From contig CAWHHI010000020.1 in NCBI GenBank assembly GCA_963829055.1, forward strand, positions 416,001-480,000: a DNA stretch of 64,000 nucleotides. Direction: 5' to 3'. The DNA is from an uncultured Gemmatimonadaceae bacterium (GTDB lineage: Bacteria; Gemmatimonadota; Gemmatimonadetes; Gemmatimonadales; Gemmatimonadaceae). Each line of letters starts with the position of its first letter. The first letter of the stretch is position 1. The notes beneath the pieces were generated by a model, which did no database searches, was not told the DNA's origin, and worked only from the letters and a program-made list of their open reading frames with translations. This document shows positions 38,183-49,195 of the stretch, in pieces. Position numbers and translations under genes: made by a program.

Positions 38183-39171
38183 TCACCCGATGAGGATCGG
38201 GTAGCAGCTCCTTGACCGTGAGCGTGAGTGGAATCGCGAGCAGGGCGCCCATCGGTCCCAGGACGACGCCCCAGCCGAGCAGCGCCAGGACGATGACCAG
38301 CGGCGAGAGTGCCGAGGCCCGCTCCCCATGAGCTTCGGCTTGACCACGTTGTCCCCGATGAAGTTCACGACGAAGAAGAGTCCGAACATGATCAGGGCCA
38401 CGGCTCGACGCCGTACTCCAGCAGCGGTGAGGATGAACGGCGGAATCGCCGAGAGAATGAATCCGAACGGGACGAACGCGAACAGGAAGGCGATCACCGC
38501 CCAGAGCACCGCGGCATCGGTGCCTACCGACCACATGATGACGAGGTCGATGACCGCGATGCACGCGCCGAACATGCCCGTTGAGACCCACGAAGCGTCG
38601 CACCAGCAGTCATGGCGGAGTCGACGCGCGCTCCGGAACGAGCCGGCCGCGACGTCGTCGGACTTGACCAGCGGCAGCTCGACCAGGAACAGCACGACGA
38701 GCACGATCGCGAAGAGCCCGACACCTACGAGGTTGAGCGCTGCGCCCACCAGACCGCCGACCGCCCCATGATCCGCGCCGGGTTCGGCTTGAGCGCCTCG
38801 TTCACCTCGATTCCGCGCGCCGCGAGCTTCTGCGTCACACCATCCACGAGCCCCGAGAGCGAAGCCTGATAGACCGGAAGATTCTCCGACAGGCGACTCA
38901 TCGAGCGCGCGAGCACCATGACCAGGAGCTACTCCGCCGAGCAAGCGGCAGCAACGCCGTGAGCCCGATCGCGGCGCCGCGGCCCATCCCGCGCTTCGTC
39001 AGGCAGACCGGCACCGGAGAAAGCGTCGCCGCGAGCAGCAGCGACAGCAGCACGAGGTTCAGCACCGACGCGGCCGCCTTCATCGCGGCCGCGATGATGG
39101 CGAGGCCTGCCCCAGCACGACCAGCCGGAGCAGCGGCGATCCTCGTTCGAACGGTGATCATTGTGAGACAT
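38183..39171 (-). CDS. AI-2E-family transporter, frameshifted
   Basis: Hydrophobic; FLFAFVPFG..LSAIPP, NVVKPKLMG, LSPLVIVLALLGWGVVLGPMGALLAIPLT. Confidence 0.8.
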
Positions 39172-39178
39172 AGCGTCC

Positions 39179-39990
39179 TCAATACCGCTCGTTCGATGTA
39201 CTTGTAGTGGATAGTCCGGCTCTTTGTAGCCGTGCGCCTTTTGCCGGTCCGGGAGCTTCACCTTCTCGCGTGGCGCGTTCTTGTAGGGAACCTTGCTGAG
39301 CAGGTGCGCGATGATGTTGAGGCGCGCGCGACGCTTGTCGTCCGACAGGGCCACGTACCAGGGCGCGTGCGCCGTATCGGTCGCCGCGAACATCTCGTCG
39401 CGGGCCTTGGAGTAGTCGTACCAGCGGCCGTACGAGTCGAGATCCATGGGCGAGAGCTTCCAGATCTTGCGCCCATCCTCGATGCGGTCCTCGAGCCGGC
39501 GCGTCTGCTCCTCCGGGCTCACCTCGAGCCAGTACTTGAGGAGGATGATGCCCGAATCCACGATGGCCCGCTCGACCAGCGGTACCATGCGCAGGAACTT
39601 CTCGACCTCCTCCTCGCCGGTGAAGCCCATGACGCGCTCGACGCCGGCGCGGTTGTACCAGCTGCGGTCGAAGATCACGACCTCGCCGGCCGCCGGCAGA
39701 TGCTGCACGTAGCGCTGGAGGTACATCTGGCTCTTCTCGCGCTCGGTCGGCGCCGGGAGCGCGACGACGCGGAAGACCCGCGGACTCACGCGCTCGGTGA
39801 TGGCCTTGATGGTGCCGCCCTTGCCGGCGCCGTCGCGGCCTTCGAAGACGACGCAGACCTTGAGTCCCTTGTGCTTCACCCACTCCTGAAGCTTGACCAG
39901 CTCGACGTGCAGTCGATCGAGCTCCTCCTCGTACTCCTTGGCCTTGAGCTTCCCGTTCGGCGCCGCACCGTTTCCTCTCGATCTCGGCAT
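39179..39990 (-). CDS. ppk2: Polyphosphate kinase 2
   Basis: FEGRDGAGKGG, PAPTERE, FDRSWYNR, WKLSPMD, DDKRRARLN; indel near the C-terminus. Confidence 0.93.
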
Positions 39991-40278
39991 CGCCTTGGCG
40001 CTTCTTGACTTTGACTGTCACGGGATCTCCTCTCGAGGTTCGCGACGGCCGGCACTGTCCATCGAGCTCACGCCTGCATGACACGAGCGGGTCCGTGCCT
40101 CACCGGACAGATAGGAACGCCGCAGCCAGGCCGCTATAAGCCCTTCGGCGTGGGTGCGGAGCGGGAGTCCGCACCGGGTTGTCACCCGGGTTCACCCGCG
40201 CGGAGCCGTTGGCGGCACGTGTCGACGCCGCCACGCACACCGGAGGCCGCTCGAGCGGCACCGGCACACTCGCATCAG

Positions 40279-40416
40279 CCGGTAACACGAAGGGCCAATT
40301 GTCCCCTCCCGCAGACGCGGCCGATTGTGCGGTAATCGCGCCGGCCAACCACATGTTGGCGATTGGCCAGCGCGCGTCATCCGGGAGGCAACACCGTGAC
40401 CGCGATTTCTGTCGAG
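40279..40416 (+). promoter_or_regulatory. Upstream region of the RND permease gene; diverged duplicate of 352-486
   Basis: Same conserved blocks, in the same order, as 352-486. Confidence 0.75.
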
Positions 40417-40489
40417 CATCCAGGTCGAGACAAGGCAGGATGCCAGTTCGTCCCCGCGCTGCCTCGACTCCGTCAACAAACGTTGACTC

Positions 40490-43400
40490 ATGGCTGACTT
40501 CTTCATTCGGCGGCCGATCGTCGCGATCGTCATCGCCATCGTCATCACGCTGCTTGGTCTCGCCGTTCTGCAGCGCCTTTCCATCGAGCAGTATCCCGAG
40601 CTGGCGCCACCGAACATTCGGGTGGAAACCACCTACCAGGGTGCCTCCGCCGAGGTGGTGGAGCAGTCGGTCGCCACGCCGATCGAGCAGCAGGTGAACG
40701 GCGTGGACAACATGATCTACATGAAGTCGCTCAACACGAGCGACGGGCGCATGCTGCTCGACATCTCGTTTCAGGTCGGCATGGATCGCGACATGGCGAA
40801 CGTGCTCGCGCAGAATCGCGTGTCGCAGGCCCAGTCCCGGCTGCCGCAGGAAGTGATGCAGCAGGGAGTCACGGTCAAGAAGCTCAACCCCAGCATCCTG
40901 ATGGTGGTCTCGCTCTACTCGCCGAAGGGGAGTCGAGACGCGCAGTTCCTCAATAACTACGCGATGATCAACATGCGGGATGCGCTCCTCCGCGTGCCCG
41001 GGATCGCGCAGGTGGATCTCTACGGCGGCGCCGAATACGGCATGCGCGTCTGGCTCCGTCCCGATCGCCTAACGCGGCTCGGCCTGACGCCAGCGGATGT
41101 CATCGACGCCATCAAGGAGCAGAACCTCCAGGCGCCCGCAGGACAGGTCGGTGCCGCTCCCTCGCCGCCAGGGCAGGAGTTCACCTACACCGTGAAGGCA
41201 CCGGGCCGCCTCGTCACCGCCGAGGAGTTCGACAACATCATCATTCGCCAGACCGCGGGCGGCGGAGAGCTCCGACTCAAGGACGTCGGGCGGGCCGAGC
41301 TTGGAAGCGAGAATTACCGCTCGTTCGGACGCGCGATCGTGAAGGACTCGACCGGCAAGTGGACGGGCGGCGCCGCGGCGTCGCTCCTCGTGTACCTCCT
41401 GCCCGGCGCCAACCAGCTCGCCTCGGCCGAGGGGGTTTACCACTCGCTCGAGGAGTTCGCGACGTTTTTCCCGACCGACGTGGCGTACAAGATCGTGTAC
41501 GACACCACGCCCTCGGTCGAGGCGAGCATCCACGAGATCCTCAAGACGCTCGTCGAGGCATTCATTCTCGTGAGCCTCGTGGTGTTCGTGTTCCTGCAGA
41601 GCTTCCGCGCCACGATCATCCCGCTCCTCACCGTGCCGGTGGCGCTCGTGGGCACGTTCATCTTCTTCCCGCTGCTCGGCTTCTCGATCAACACGCTCAC
41701 GATGTTCGGCCTCGTGCTGGCGATCGGCATCGTGGTGGATGACGCGATCGTGGTCGTGGAAGCGGTGATGCACCACATCGAGCACGGGAAAACACCCAGG
41801 GACGCGACGGTCCAGGCCATGAAAGAGGTGTCCGGGCCGGTGATCGCGATCGCCCTCATTCTCTCGGCGGTGTTCGTGCCGGTGGCGCTGCTTGGCGGCC
41901 TGACGGGCCGGGTGTACCAGCAGTTCGCGCTGACCATCGCCATCTCGGTGCTCCTGTCCGCGTTCCTGGCGCTGAGTCTCGCGCCGGCGCTCGCCGCGAT
42001 GATGCTCAAGCCCGCCAAGCAGACCGGTGGCCTGCTGGGCAAGTTCTATCGCGGGTTCAACAAGATGTTCGATGTGACGACGACCAAGTACGTGAGCTGG
42101 ACGCGCTTGTTCGTCAGGCGAGCGATCCTGGTGGTGGTGGTCCTGGTCGTGGCCACCGGCGTGACGGGTCGTTCTTGGCAGTTCGCTTCCGAAAGGGTTC
42201 GTGCCCGACGAAGACCTGGGCGTCTTCATGATCAACGCCCAGCTGCCGCCCGCGTCATCGAGCGAGCGGACCGACGGCGTCGTCCGGCAGATCGAAGAGG
42301 TGCTGAAGAAGACCGATGGTGTGGTCGCCTGCACCGGCATCGGCGGATCGGGAATCCTCACGAACTCGTTCAGCCCGGAGTTCGCCTCGTTCTTCTGCAG
42401 GCTCGAGGACTGGGACGAGCGGAAGACACCGGCGCTGCACGTCAGCGGGATTACGCAGACGCTGAGACGCTCGCTCGCGGGGATTCCAGGCGCCGTGATC
42501 TTCCCGTTCACTCCACCGACGATCCCGGGGTTCGGCGCGGCCGGTGGCTTCAACTTCCTCCTGCAGGACCGAAGCGGGACGATGAGCGTGCAGGATCTCG
42601 GGAAGCAGACACAGGTCTTCCTGGACGCCGCGCGCAAGCGACCCGAGCTCGCCAACCTGTTCACGTCGTTCAACGCGCAGGTCCCGCAGGTTCAGGTCGA
42701 GCTCGACCGGGAGAAGGCACGCACGTTAGGCGTGCCGATCAACGACGTGTTCGCCGCGCTGTCCGCCGCGATGGGTGGCGCGTACGTGAACGACTTCAAC
42801 CGGTTTGGGCGGCTCTATCGCGTGTACGTGCAGGCAGAGCCCGCGTTCCGTCAGAAGCCCGTGACATCGGGCAGTTCTACGTGCGGAGTCGGACGACGAA
42901 CGAGATGGTGCCGCTCTCCACGCTGATGACGATCACGCCCGGCTCGGGTACGGAGATCACCACCCGGTTCAACCTGTTCCGGTCGGTCGAGATCACCGGG
43001 GTGCAAGCGCCGGGCTACACGTCGGGTCAGGCCATGACGGCGCTCGAGGAGACGGCGACGCAGGTGCTCCCGCGCGAGATGGGGTACGCGTACTCGGGTT
43101 TCTCGTACCAGGAGAAACAGGCGCCGCCAGCGGGACCGACGTTCGTGCTGGCGATCGTCTTCGTCTTCCTGCTGCTCGCGGCGCAGTACGAGAGCTGGAA
43201 GCTCCCGTGGGCGGTGCTGCTGGAGACGCCGCTCGTCGCGTTAGGCGCGTTCTTTGGCGTGTGGGTCGCGGGCTACGACAACAACGTGTTCGTGCAGGTG
43301 GGCCTGATCATGCTGGTGGGGCTCGCCGCCAAGAACGCCATCCTCATCGTGGAGTTCGCAAAGATGCGGCACGAGGCCGGTGCGTCGGTGGAAGAGGCCG

Positions 43401-43726
43401 CACTCGACGCCGCAAAGCTCCGCTTCCGCCCGATCCTCATGACCGCGTTCGCCTTCATCATGGGCGTCGTGCCGCTGATGCTCGCGAGCGGCGCCGGTGC
43501 CGCCGCGCAGAACCGCATGGGCACGGCGGTGTTCTCCGGGATGCTCGTCGCAACGGTCGTTGGCGTGTTCCTCATCCCCGGACTGTTCGCGATGGTCGAG
43601 CGCATGGGGTTCCGGAAGAAGCCACAGCGCGCCGCCGTGCCGCCGGGAGCGGGACTTGGGCGCACCGCCGGCCGCGCCCGTTCCGGCCAGCGCGGCTCCG
43701 CCTGGAGGACACTGACGTGCACCTAA
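40490..43726 (+). CDS. RND (HAE1-type) efflux permease, frameshifted
   Basis: MADFFIRRPI, EQYPELAPP, PIEQQVNGV, GLVLAIGIVVDDAIVVVE, GLAAKNAILIVEFA, RFRPILMT. Confidence 0.93.
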   Translation: MADFFIRRPIVAIVIAIVITLLGLAVLQRLSIEQYPELAPPNIRVETTYQGASAEVVEQSVATPIEQQVNGVDNMIYMKSLNTSDGRMLLDISFQVGMDRDMANVLAQNRVSQAQSRLPQEVMQQGVTVKKLNPSILMVVSLYSPKGSRDAQFLNNYAMINMRDALLRVPGIAQVDLYGGAEYGMRVWLRPDRLTRLGLTPADVIDAIKEQNLQAPAGQVGAAPSPPGQEFTYTVKAPGRLVTAEEFDNIIIRQTAGGGELRLKDVGRAELGSENYRSFGRAIVKDSTGKWTGGAAASLLVYLLPGANQLASAEGVYHSLEEFATFFPTDVAYKIVYDTTPSVEASIHEILKTLVEAFILVSLVVFVFLQSFRATIIPLLTVPVALVGTFIFFPLLGFSINTLTMFGLVLAIGIVVDDAIVVVEAVMHHIEHGKTPRDATVQAMKEVSGPVIAIALILSAVFVPVALLGGLTGRVYQQFALTIAISVLLSAFLALSLAPALAAMMLKPAKQTGGLLGKFYRGFNKMFDVTTTKYVSWTRLFVRRAILVVVVLVVATGVTGRSWQFASERVRARRRPGRLHDQRPAAARVIERADRRRRPADRRGAEEDRWCGRLHRHRRIGNPHELVQPGVRLVLLQARGLGRAEDTGAARQRDYADAETLARGDSRRRDLPVHSTDDPGVRRGRWLQLPPAGPKRDDERAGSREADTGLPGRRAQATRARQPVHVVQRAGPAGSGRARPGEGTHVRRADQRRVRRAVRRDGWRVRERLQPVWAALSRVRAGRARVPSEARDIGQFYVRSRTTNEMVPLSTLMTITPGSGTEITTRFNLFRSVEITGVQAPGYTSGQAMTALEETATQVLPREMGYAYSGFSYQEKQAPPAGPTFVLAIVFVFLLLAAQYESWKLPWAVLLETPLVALGAFFGVWVAGYDNNVFVQVGLIMLVGLAAKNAILIVEFAKMRHEAGASVEEAALDAAKLRFRPILMTAFAFIMGVVPLMLASGAGAAAQNRMGTAVFSGMLVATVVGVFLIPGLFAMVERMGFRKKPQRAAVPPGAGLGRTAGRARSGQRGSAWRTLTCT

Positions 43727-45112
43727 CGACGTCGCGGCGTCGGCGCGGCGCTCCTGCTGACCGTGGTCACGGCGTGCCGCATGGGGCCGAACTACGAGCG
43801 CCCGGAAACCACGCCGGTGCCGACGGCATGGCGGGACAGCGCGCAGGCCGGGCACGACTCGTCGTTCGCGAACGTTCCGTGGTGGGGCGTGTTCAACGAC
43901 GACACGCTGCAGACGCTGATCCGACGCGCGCTCAAGGAAAACCGCGACGTTCACATCGCGCTCGCCCGCGTGAACGAAGCGCGCGCACTGCTCGGGATAC
44001 AACGGCTGGAGTACTACCCGCAGATCAACGTGCAGGCCGGCTTGCGCAAGTCCGACGGTGCCGATTCCCTGCTCACCGGCGTCACCAACAGCGAGATGGC
44101 GTGGCTCGGCGGCGGACTGTCCTGGGAGCTCGATCTGTGGGGACGGTTGCGACGCTTGAACGAAGCGGCGGCCGCCGAGCTTCTGGCGACCGAGGAAGGA
44201 CGCCGCAGCATGATCCTCACCGTGGTGAGCGACGTCGCGCGCGCCTACATGGAGGTGATCGAGCTCGATGACCAGGTGGCCCTCACCGACACGCAGGTGG
44301 TCATCCGGCGCGCATCGCTCGCGCTGGCTCGTGGACGGTTCCAGGGCGGGCTGACGTCCGAGATGGATGTCCGCCAGGGGGAGCTCGCGCTGGCCGTAGC
44401 GGAAGGCAGTCACACCCGGGCGCTCCGACAGCGGGCGCAGAAGGAGAACGAGATCAGCGTGCTGTTGGGCCGCACGCCCGGCGGGGTCCCGCGCGGGTTG
44501 CGGTTGTCCCAGCAGGGCATCCCCACGGCGATCCCGGCCGGCCTGCCGTCGAACCTGCTCACGCGCCGCCCGGACGTTAGGCAGGCGGAGGAGCAGCTGC
44601 GCGCGGCGAACGCCAGGATCGGCGCCGCGAAGGCCGCAATGTTCCCCACGATCGCACTCACGGCGACCGGCGGGACCATCAGCGATGAGCTCGGGTCGCT
44701 GTTCAAGGCGGCACCGGATTCTGGCGCCTCGCACCCAGCCTGTTTCAGCCGATCATCAACACCAGCCGAAACCGCAAGCAGATCGCGGCCGAGCGCGCGC
44801 GCACCGAGGCGGCGGTGGGTCAGTACGAGAAGACGGTGCTGACGGCGTTTCGGGAGGTGGAAGACCAGTTGGTCGCCGTGCAGCGGTTGCGCGAGGAAGC
44901 CGACGCCGCGGGGCGTGCCTCGACGGCGGCGCGACAGGGCGTACGCCTGGCCGGGACTCCGCTATGAAGGCGGCGTTGACAACTACCTGACACTGCTGGA
45001 CGCCCAGCGGGCACAGCTCGACGCCGACCTGCAGTCGTCCGGACTGGAGCGACAGTACCGCGTGGCCGTCGTGCAGCTGTACAAGGCGTTAGGCGGTGGG
45101 TGGGACCCGTGA
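43717..45112 (+). CDS. Efflux outer-membrane factor (NodT/OprM family) lipoprotein, frameshifted
   Basis: Lipobox VTAC-RMGPNYERP, WELDLWGRLR, PAGLPSNLLTRRPDV, LYKALGGGW. Confidence 0.9.
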
Positions 45113-45184
45113 CCGACACGCTGGCACTGCCCAACCGCGGCCACGACCGGCACGGCTGTCAGCACCTAACGTCACGGTCGGTCG

Positions 45185-45214
45185 CGGGGCGCGCGAAGAC
45201 GGTCGCGCGCCCCG
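45185..45214 (+). terminator. GC-rich hairpin after the OMF gene
   Basis: CGGGGCGCGCGA-agacgg-TCGCGCGCCCCG, 12-bp stem, no U-tract. Confidence 0.35.
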
Positions 45215-45327
45215 TGCCCGGCACGCCCGACTACACCTTGGTCCCGTAGCCGGGGCATGTCGCCGCTCCCATCGTTGCCTCCGGAGACCGCGCTGTCGCG
45301 GCAATGACTTCCATCCGGGGCAAACCG

Positions 45328-46528
45328 ATGAGTCGCCTTTTGAAACCCGTCTTCGTCACCGTCGTGCTGCTTGCGAGCGTGCAGTCGATCGCGACGGCAC
45401 AAAGCGGATCGCAGTCGACGATCAACGTCTACGGGTTCGTGATGCTCGATGCCGGCTACAACTTCAACCAGATCAATCCCAACTGGTACGGACGTGGTAC
45501 GGCCCACCAAGCTGCCCTCGTTCAAGGACCAGTACGCGCCGGACGGCAACATGTTCTTCGGCGTCCGTCAGACGAGGCTCGGCGTCAAGGGGAACGTGCC
45601 GACGCCGATCGGTGAGCTCAAGACCACGTTCGAGTTCGAGCTGTTCGGCACGGGCGTCGACGAGGGACAGACGACGTTCCGGCTCCGGCACGCCTACGGA
45701 GAGTTGGGCAAATTCGGCGCCGGCCAGACGTGGAGTCCGTTCATGGACATCGACGTCTTTCCCAACTCGCTCGAGTACTGGGGCCCCACCGGGATGGTGT
45801 TCTTCCGCAACCTCCAGGTGCGGTGGATGCCCATCCAGGGCGATACCCGCATGACGATCGCGCTCGAGCGGCCGGGAGCCAGTGCCGACCAGGGCACGTA
45901 CGCCGGCCGCATCGAGCTGCAGGATGTGAAGCCGAGGTTCCCATACCCCGATCTCTCGGCGGAATACCACCTGGGCAGGAAGTGGGGATACGTCGAGCTG
46001 GCGGGGATGGTTCGGCGCATCGAGTGGGAGGACCAGGGCACTGACGCGTTCGACCTCTCCGGCAACGCCACGGGCTGGGGCCTGAACCTGAGCTCCAACC
46101 TGAACCTGGGCAAGAGCAGCGTCGCGCGGCTCCAGGCGATGTACGGCGAAGGCGTCGAGAACTACATGAACGACGCGCCGGCGGACATCGGGATCGAGAA
46201 CCAGCCCGGCAACCCGGTCGCGCCGATCAAGGGCGTCGCGCTTCCGGTGACCGGCGTCGTCGCGTTTCTCGACCACACGTGGAACACCAAGTTCACCACG
46301 GCCATCGGGTATTCGATGGTGGACATCGACAACAGCGCGCAGCAGTCGGCCGACGCGTTCAGCAAGGCGCAGTACGCGTTAGGCAACCTCCTCTACAGCC
46401 CGACGCCGGGGGTGACCGCTGGAGTGGAGTTCCAGTGGGGGAACCGGGACAACTTCTCCGACGGCTTCACGTCGGACATCCGCAAGGTCCAGTTCTCGTT
46501 CAAGTACGCGTTCGCCAAGACCTACTGA
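45328..46528 (+). CDS. DcaP-like outer-membrane porin; one indel near 45488
   Basis: Signal peptide; INVYGFVMLD, VRQTRLG, FRLRHAYGELG, GQTWSPFMD, VQFSFKYAF. Confidence 0.8.
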
Positions 46529-46559
46529 AGACCTACTGAAGACCACTGAAGACCAACTG
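46517..46559 (+). repeat. Four tandem degenerate copies of AAGACC(T/A)ACTG across the porin stop codon
   Basis: aagacctactg aagacctactg aagaccactg aagaccaactg. Confidence 0.8.
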
Positions 46560-46571
46560 AGGCTGCGAGCC

Positions 46572-47624
46572 ATGCATCGGATTCATCGCGAACTGTTCAC
46601 GCTGGCGCTCACGGCCGCCGGGGCCACAGCCATCCTGGCATCTCCGGTGCGGGCACAGAGCGCCAAGACCACCGGTCAGGACCAGGCCATCGTGACGGCC
46701 CTGAACGAGACGTACGCAAAGTTCAAGAACCTGCAGGAAGGCAAGAACGCCGATTACATCCCGGCGCTCGCCAAGGTCGATCCCAAAATCTTCGGCATCG
46801 CGCTGATCACCACGGATGGAAAGGTCTACACCGCCGGCGACATCAAATCGGAAGTCTCGATCCAGTCGATCTCGAAGGTGTTCACGATGGCCAAGGTCAT
46901 GGAGGAACAGGGACCTGAAGTCATCGAGAAGACCGTCGGGGTCGACGCCACCGGCATGCGCTTCAACTCGATCGTGTCGGTCGAGTTCTCGCAGAAGGCG
47001 CTCGGCGGCCCGGAGATGAACTCGCTCGTCAACCCGGGCGCCATCGCCACGACGTCGATGGTCAAGGGCAGCACCCGGGATGCGGTGTGGAACAGCATCC
47101 TCGGGTTCTACTCGGACTTCGCGGGCAGGCCGCTCTCCGTGAATCAGGAAGTGTTCAAGTCCGAAGCGGAGACCAATCAGCGCAACCAGGCCATCGGTGC
47201 CCTGATGTACGCCTACGGGTACATCAAGGCGAAGCCGGCCCAGGCGACCGACATCTACACCGAGCAGTGTTCGGTAAACGTCAACGCCAGGGACCTCGCG
47301 ATGATGGCCGCGACGCTCGCCGCCGGAGGCAAGAATCCGGCGACCGGCAAGCAGGTGATGGCGGCGAAGAACGTACCGTACGTGCTGGCGGTCATGGCCA
47401 CGGCGGGGTTGTACGACGATTCCGGCAAGTGGCTCTATCACACGGGCCTGCCCGCCAAGAGCGGCGTTGGTGGCGGGATCATCGCGGTGGCGCCGGGCAA
47501 GTTCGGGATCGCCGTCATCTCCCCGCCGCTCGATGACGCCGGGAACAGCGTCCGCGCGCAGCGCGCCATCAGAGAGATCGTGGCACGGCTGCATGCCAAC
47601 CCCTACGAGGTGGCAGCGCGGTAG
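46572..47624 (+). CDS. glsA: Glutaminase A with N-terminal signal peptide
   Basis: ADYIPALA, catalytic SxxK in SIQSISKVF, NPGAI, GLPAKSGVGGGI; hydrophobic leader ending VRA-Q. Confidence 0.92.
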   Translation: MHRIHRELFTLALTAAGATAILASPVRAQSAKTTGQDQAIVTALNETYAKFKNLQEGKNADYIPALAKVDPKIFGIALITTDGKVYTAGDIKSEVSIQSISKVFTMAKVMEEQGPEVIEKTVGVDATGMRFNSIVSVEFSQKALGGPEMNSLVNPGAIATTSMVKGSTRDAVWNSILGFYSDFAGRPLSVNQEVFKSEAETNQRNQAIGALMYAYGYIKAKPAQATDIYTEQCSVNVNARDLAMMAATLAAGGKNPATGKQVMAAKNVPYVLAVMATAGLYDDSGKWLYHTGLPAKSGVGGGIIAVAPGKFGIAVISPPLDDAGNSVRAQRAIREIVARLHANPYEVAAR

Positions 47625-47744
47625 CGCACCCGTCCGATGGGGGAGGGTACGGCGTCTCCCCTCACTGCCTAACGCCGGTGATGACTGCGTGGGGTGCCTG
47701 ACGCACCGTATGCCGGCTCGTTGCCTACCCTCACGGAGTTACCG

Positions 47745-49107
47745 ATGCCCTTGACGCGTCCTGCGGCCACGAGCTCGTGCCTGGCCGTCACCCTCGCGCG
47801 GCCATTGCTGATACTCGCGGCGTTCCTGGTCGCGATCCCGCCCGCGCGGCTCGCGGCCCAGGAGGACCCGGGACGAAGCGCCGCGGATACGGCTACCGCC
47901 AAGGATACGATGTACACGTCCAGCATCGGGGGAGAGTTCCGTCCCGCCAAAGGCTTCGACCTCGTCCGGACGAAACGGTCCAGTCTGAACATCAGCTTTT
48001 ACGGGCTGTTCCGGTATATGAATCAGACTCCGGGCAGCCAGACATTCACGGACCACCTGGGCCGGGAGCGCACCGTCAAGGCCCGCCAGGACCTGAACTG
48101 GCATCGCACGTTCGTGTGGCTCACCGGTTTCTTTTGGGTTCCAAAGTTCCGGTACAACATCTCGCTCTGGTCACTGCCGACGACGCAGCAGACGCTGCTC
48201 TTCGGGAACCTCCAGTATTTCTTCCAGTCCCGCGTTCAACCTTGGCGTCGGGATCACGCCCAATCTCACCAGCCGCTCGGTACAAGGCTCATGGCCGTTC
48301 TGGGGGTCGAGCGACCGACAGATGGCGGACGATTTCTTCCGCGGCGGGTTCTCGTCCGGCATCTTCGCCACGGGGCTGGCGCTCCCGCGGCTCAACTACA
48401 CCGTCTCGGTGAACACCAACATCAGCCAGCTCGGCACGACCGCGGCAAATGACTCGCGCGACTTTGCCTACAGCGGGAGCCTGGTCTGGAGGCCGACGAC
48501 CGGAGAGTTCGGTCCGCGCGGCGGATTGGGTGACTTCGAATATCATAAGACGCTGGCCACCCAGTTCGGCATTTCGGCCGGCCACAGTCGCGAGTCCCGC
48601 TACGCGAACGACAGCGCGCCGCCTAACGCGACACAGATCAAGCTCTCCGACGGCGTCAACCCGTTCGAAGAGAACGCGCTGGCCCAGGGCGTGACGGTGC
48701 AGAAGCTCGATTACGATGAGATGGCCGTCGACGCGGGACTCAAGCTCCGCGGCTTCTCGCTCCAGAGCGAGTACTACTGGCGCCGGCTGTCCAACTTCCA
48801 GACCATCGGCGGCCCGGTCCCGATGAATTCCATCTTCGATCACGGATTCCAGGTGCAGGCGATGCAAATGGTCGTCCCGACGAAGCTCGGCCTCTACGCG
48901 GTGTACGGGAAGGTGTTCGACGACTTCAAGCGGAATCCCTACGAGATATCGGGCGGCGCCAACTTCTACCCGTCGGGAACGCGCAGTTGGCGACTCAACC
49001 TGCACCTGATCAACGTGAAGCGGAGCCCGGCGGCCTCGAACTTCGGGTTCTACACATCAGGGCAGACCGGCACGACCATATCGGCGGGAATCGATATCCT
49101 CATGTGA
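47745..49107 (+). CDS. Uncharacterised outer-membrane beta-barrel protein; one indel near 48225
   Basis: Signal peptide (RLAA-QE), aromatic amphipathic strands, C-terminus TTISAGIDILM; ORFs 47694-48452 and 48322-49107. Confidence 0.6.
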
Positions 49108-49195
49108 CGGAACGCTCACCGCGTATCGCCGTGCCTAACGAGCATGCAGGGACGCGTGCCGTCGACTGTTGGTAACCCGTTCAGGCGAACGATCA

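Noticed and set aside
40080..40278. Structured RNA or riboswitch between ppk2 and the RND gene
   Set aside because: Only short GC hairpins (e.g. GGTGCGGA/TCCGCACC); no family signature recognised.
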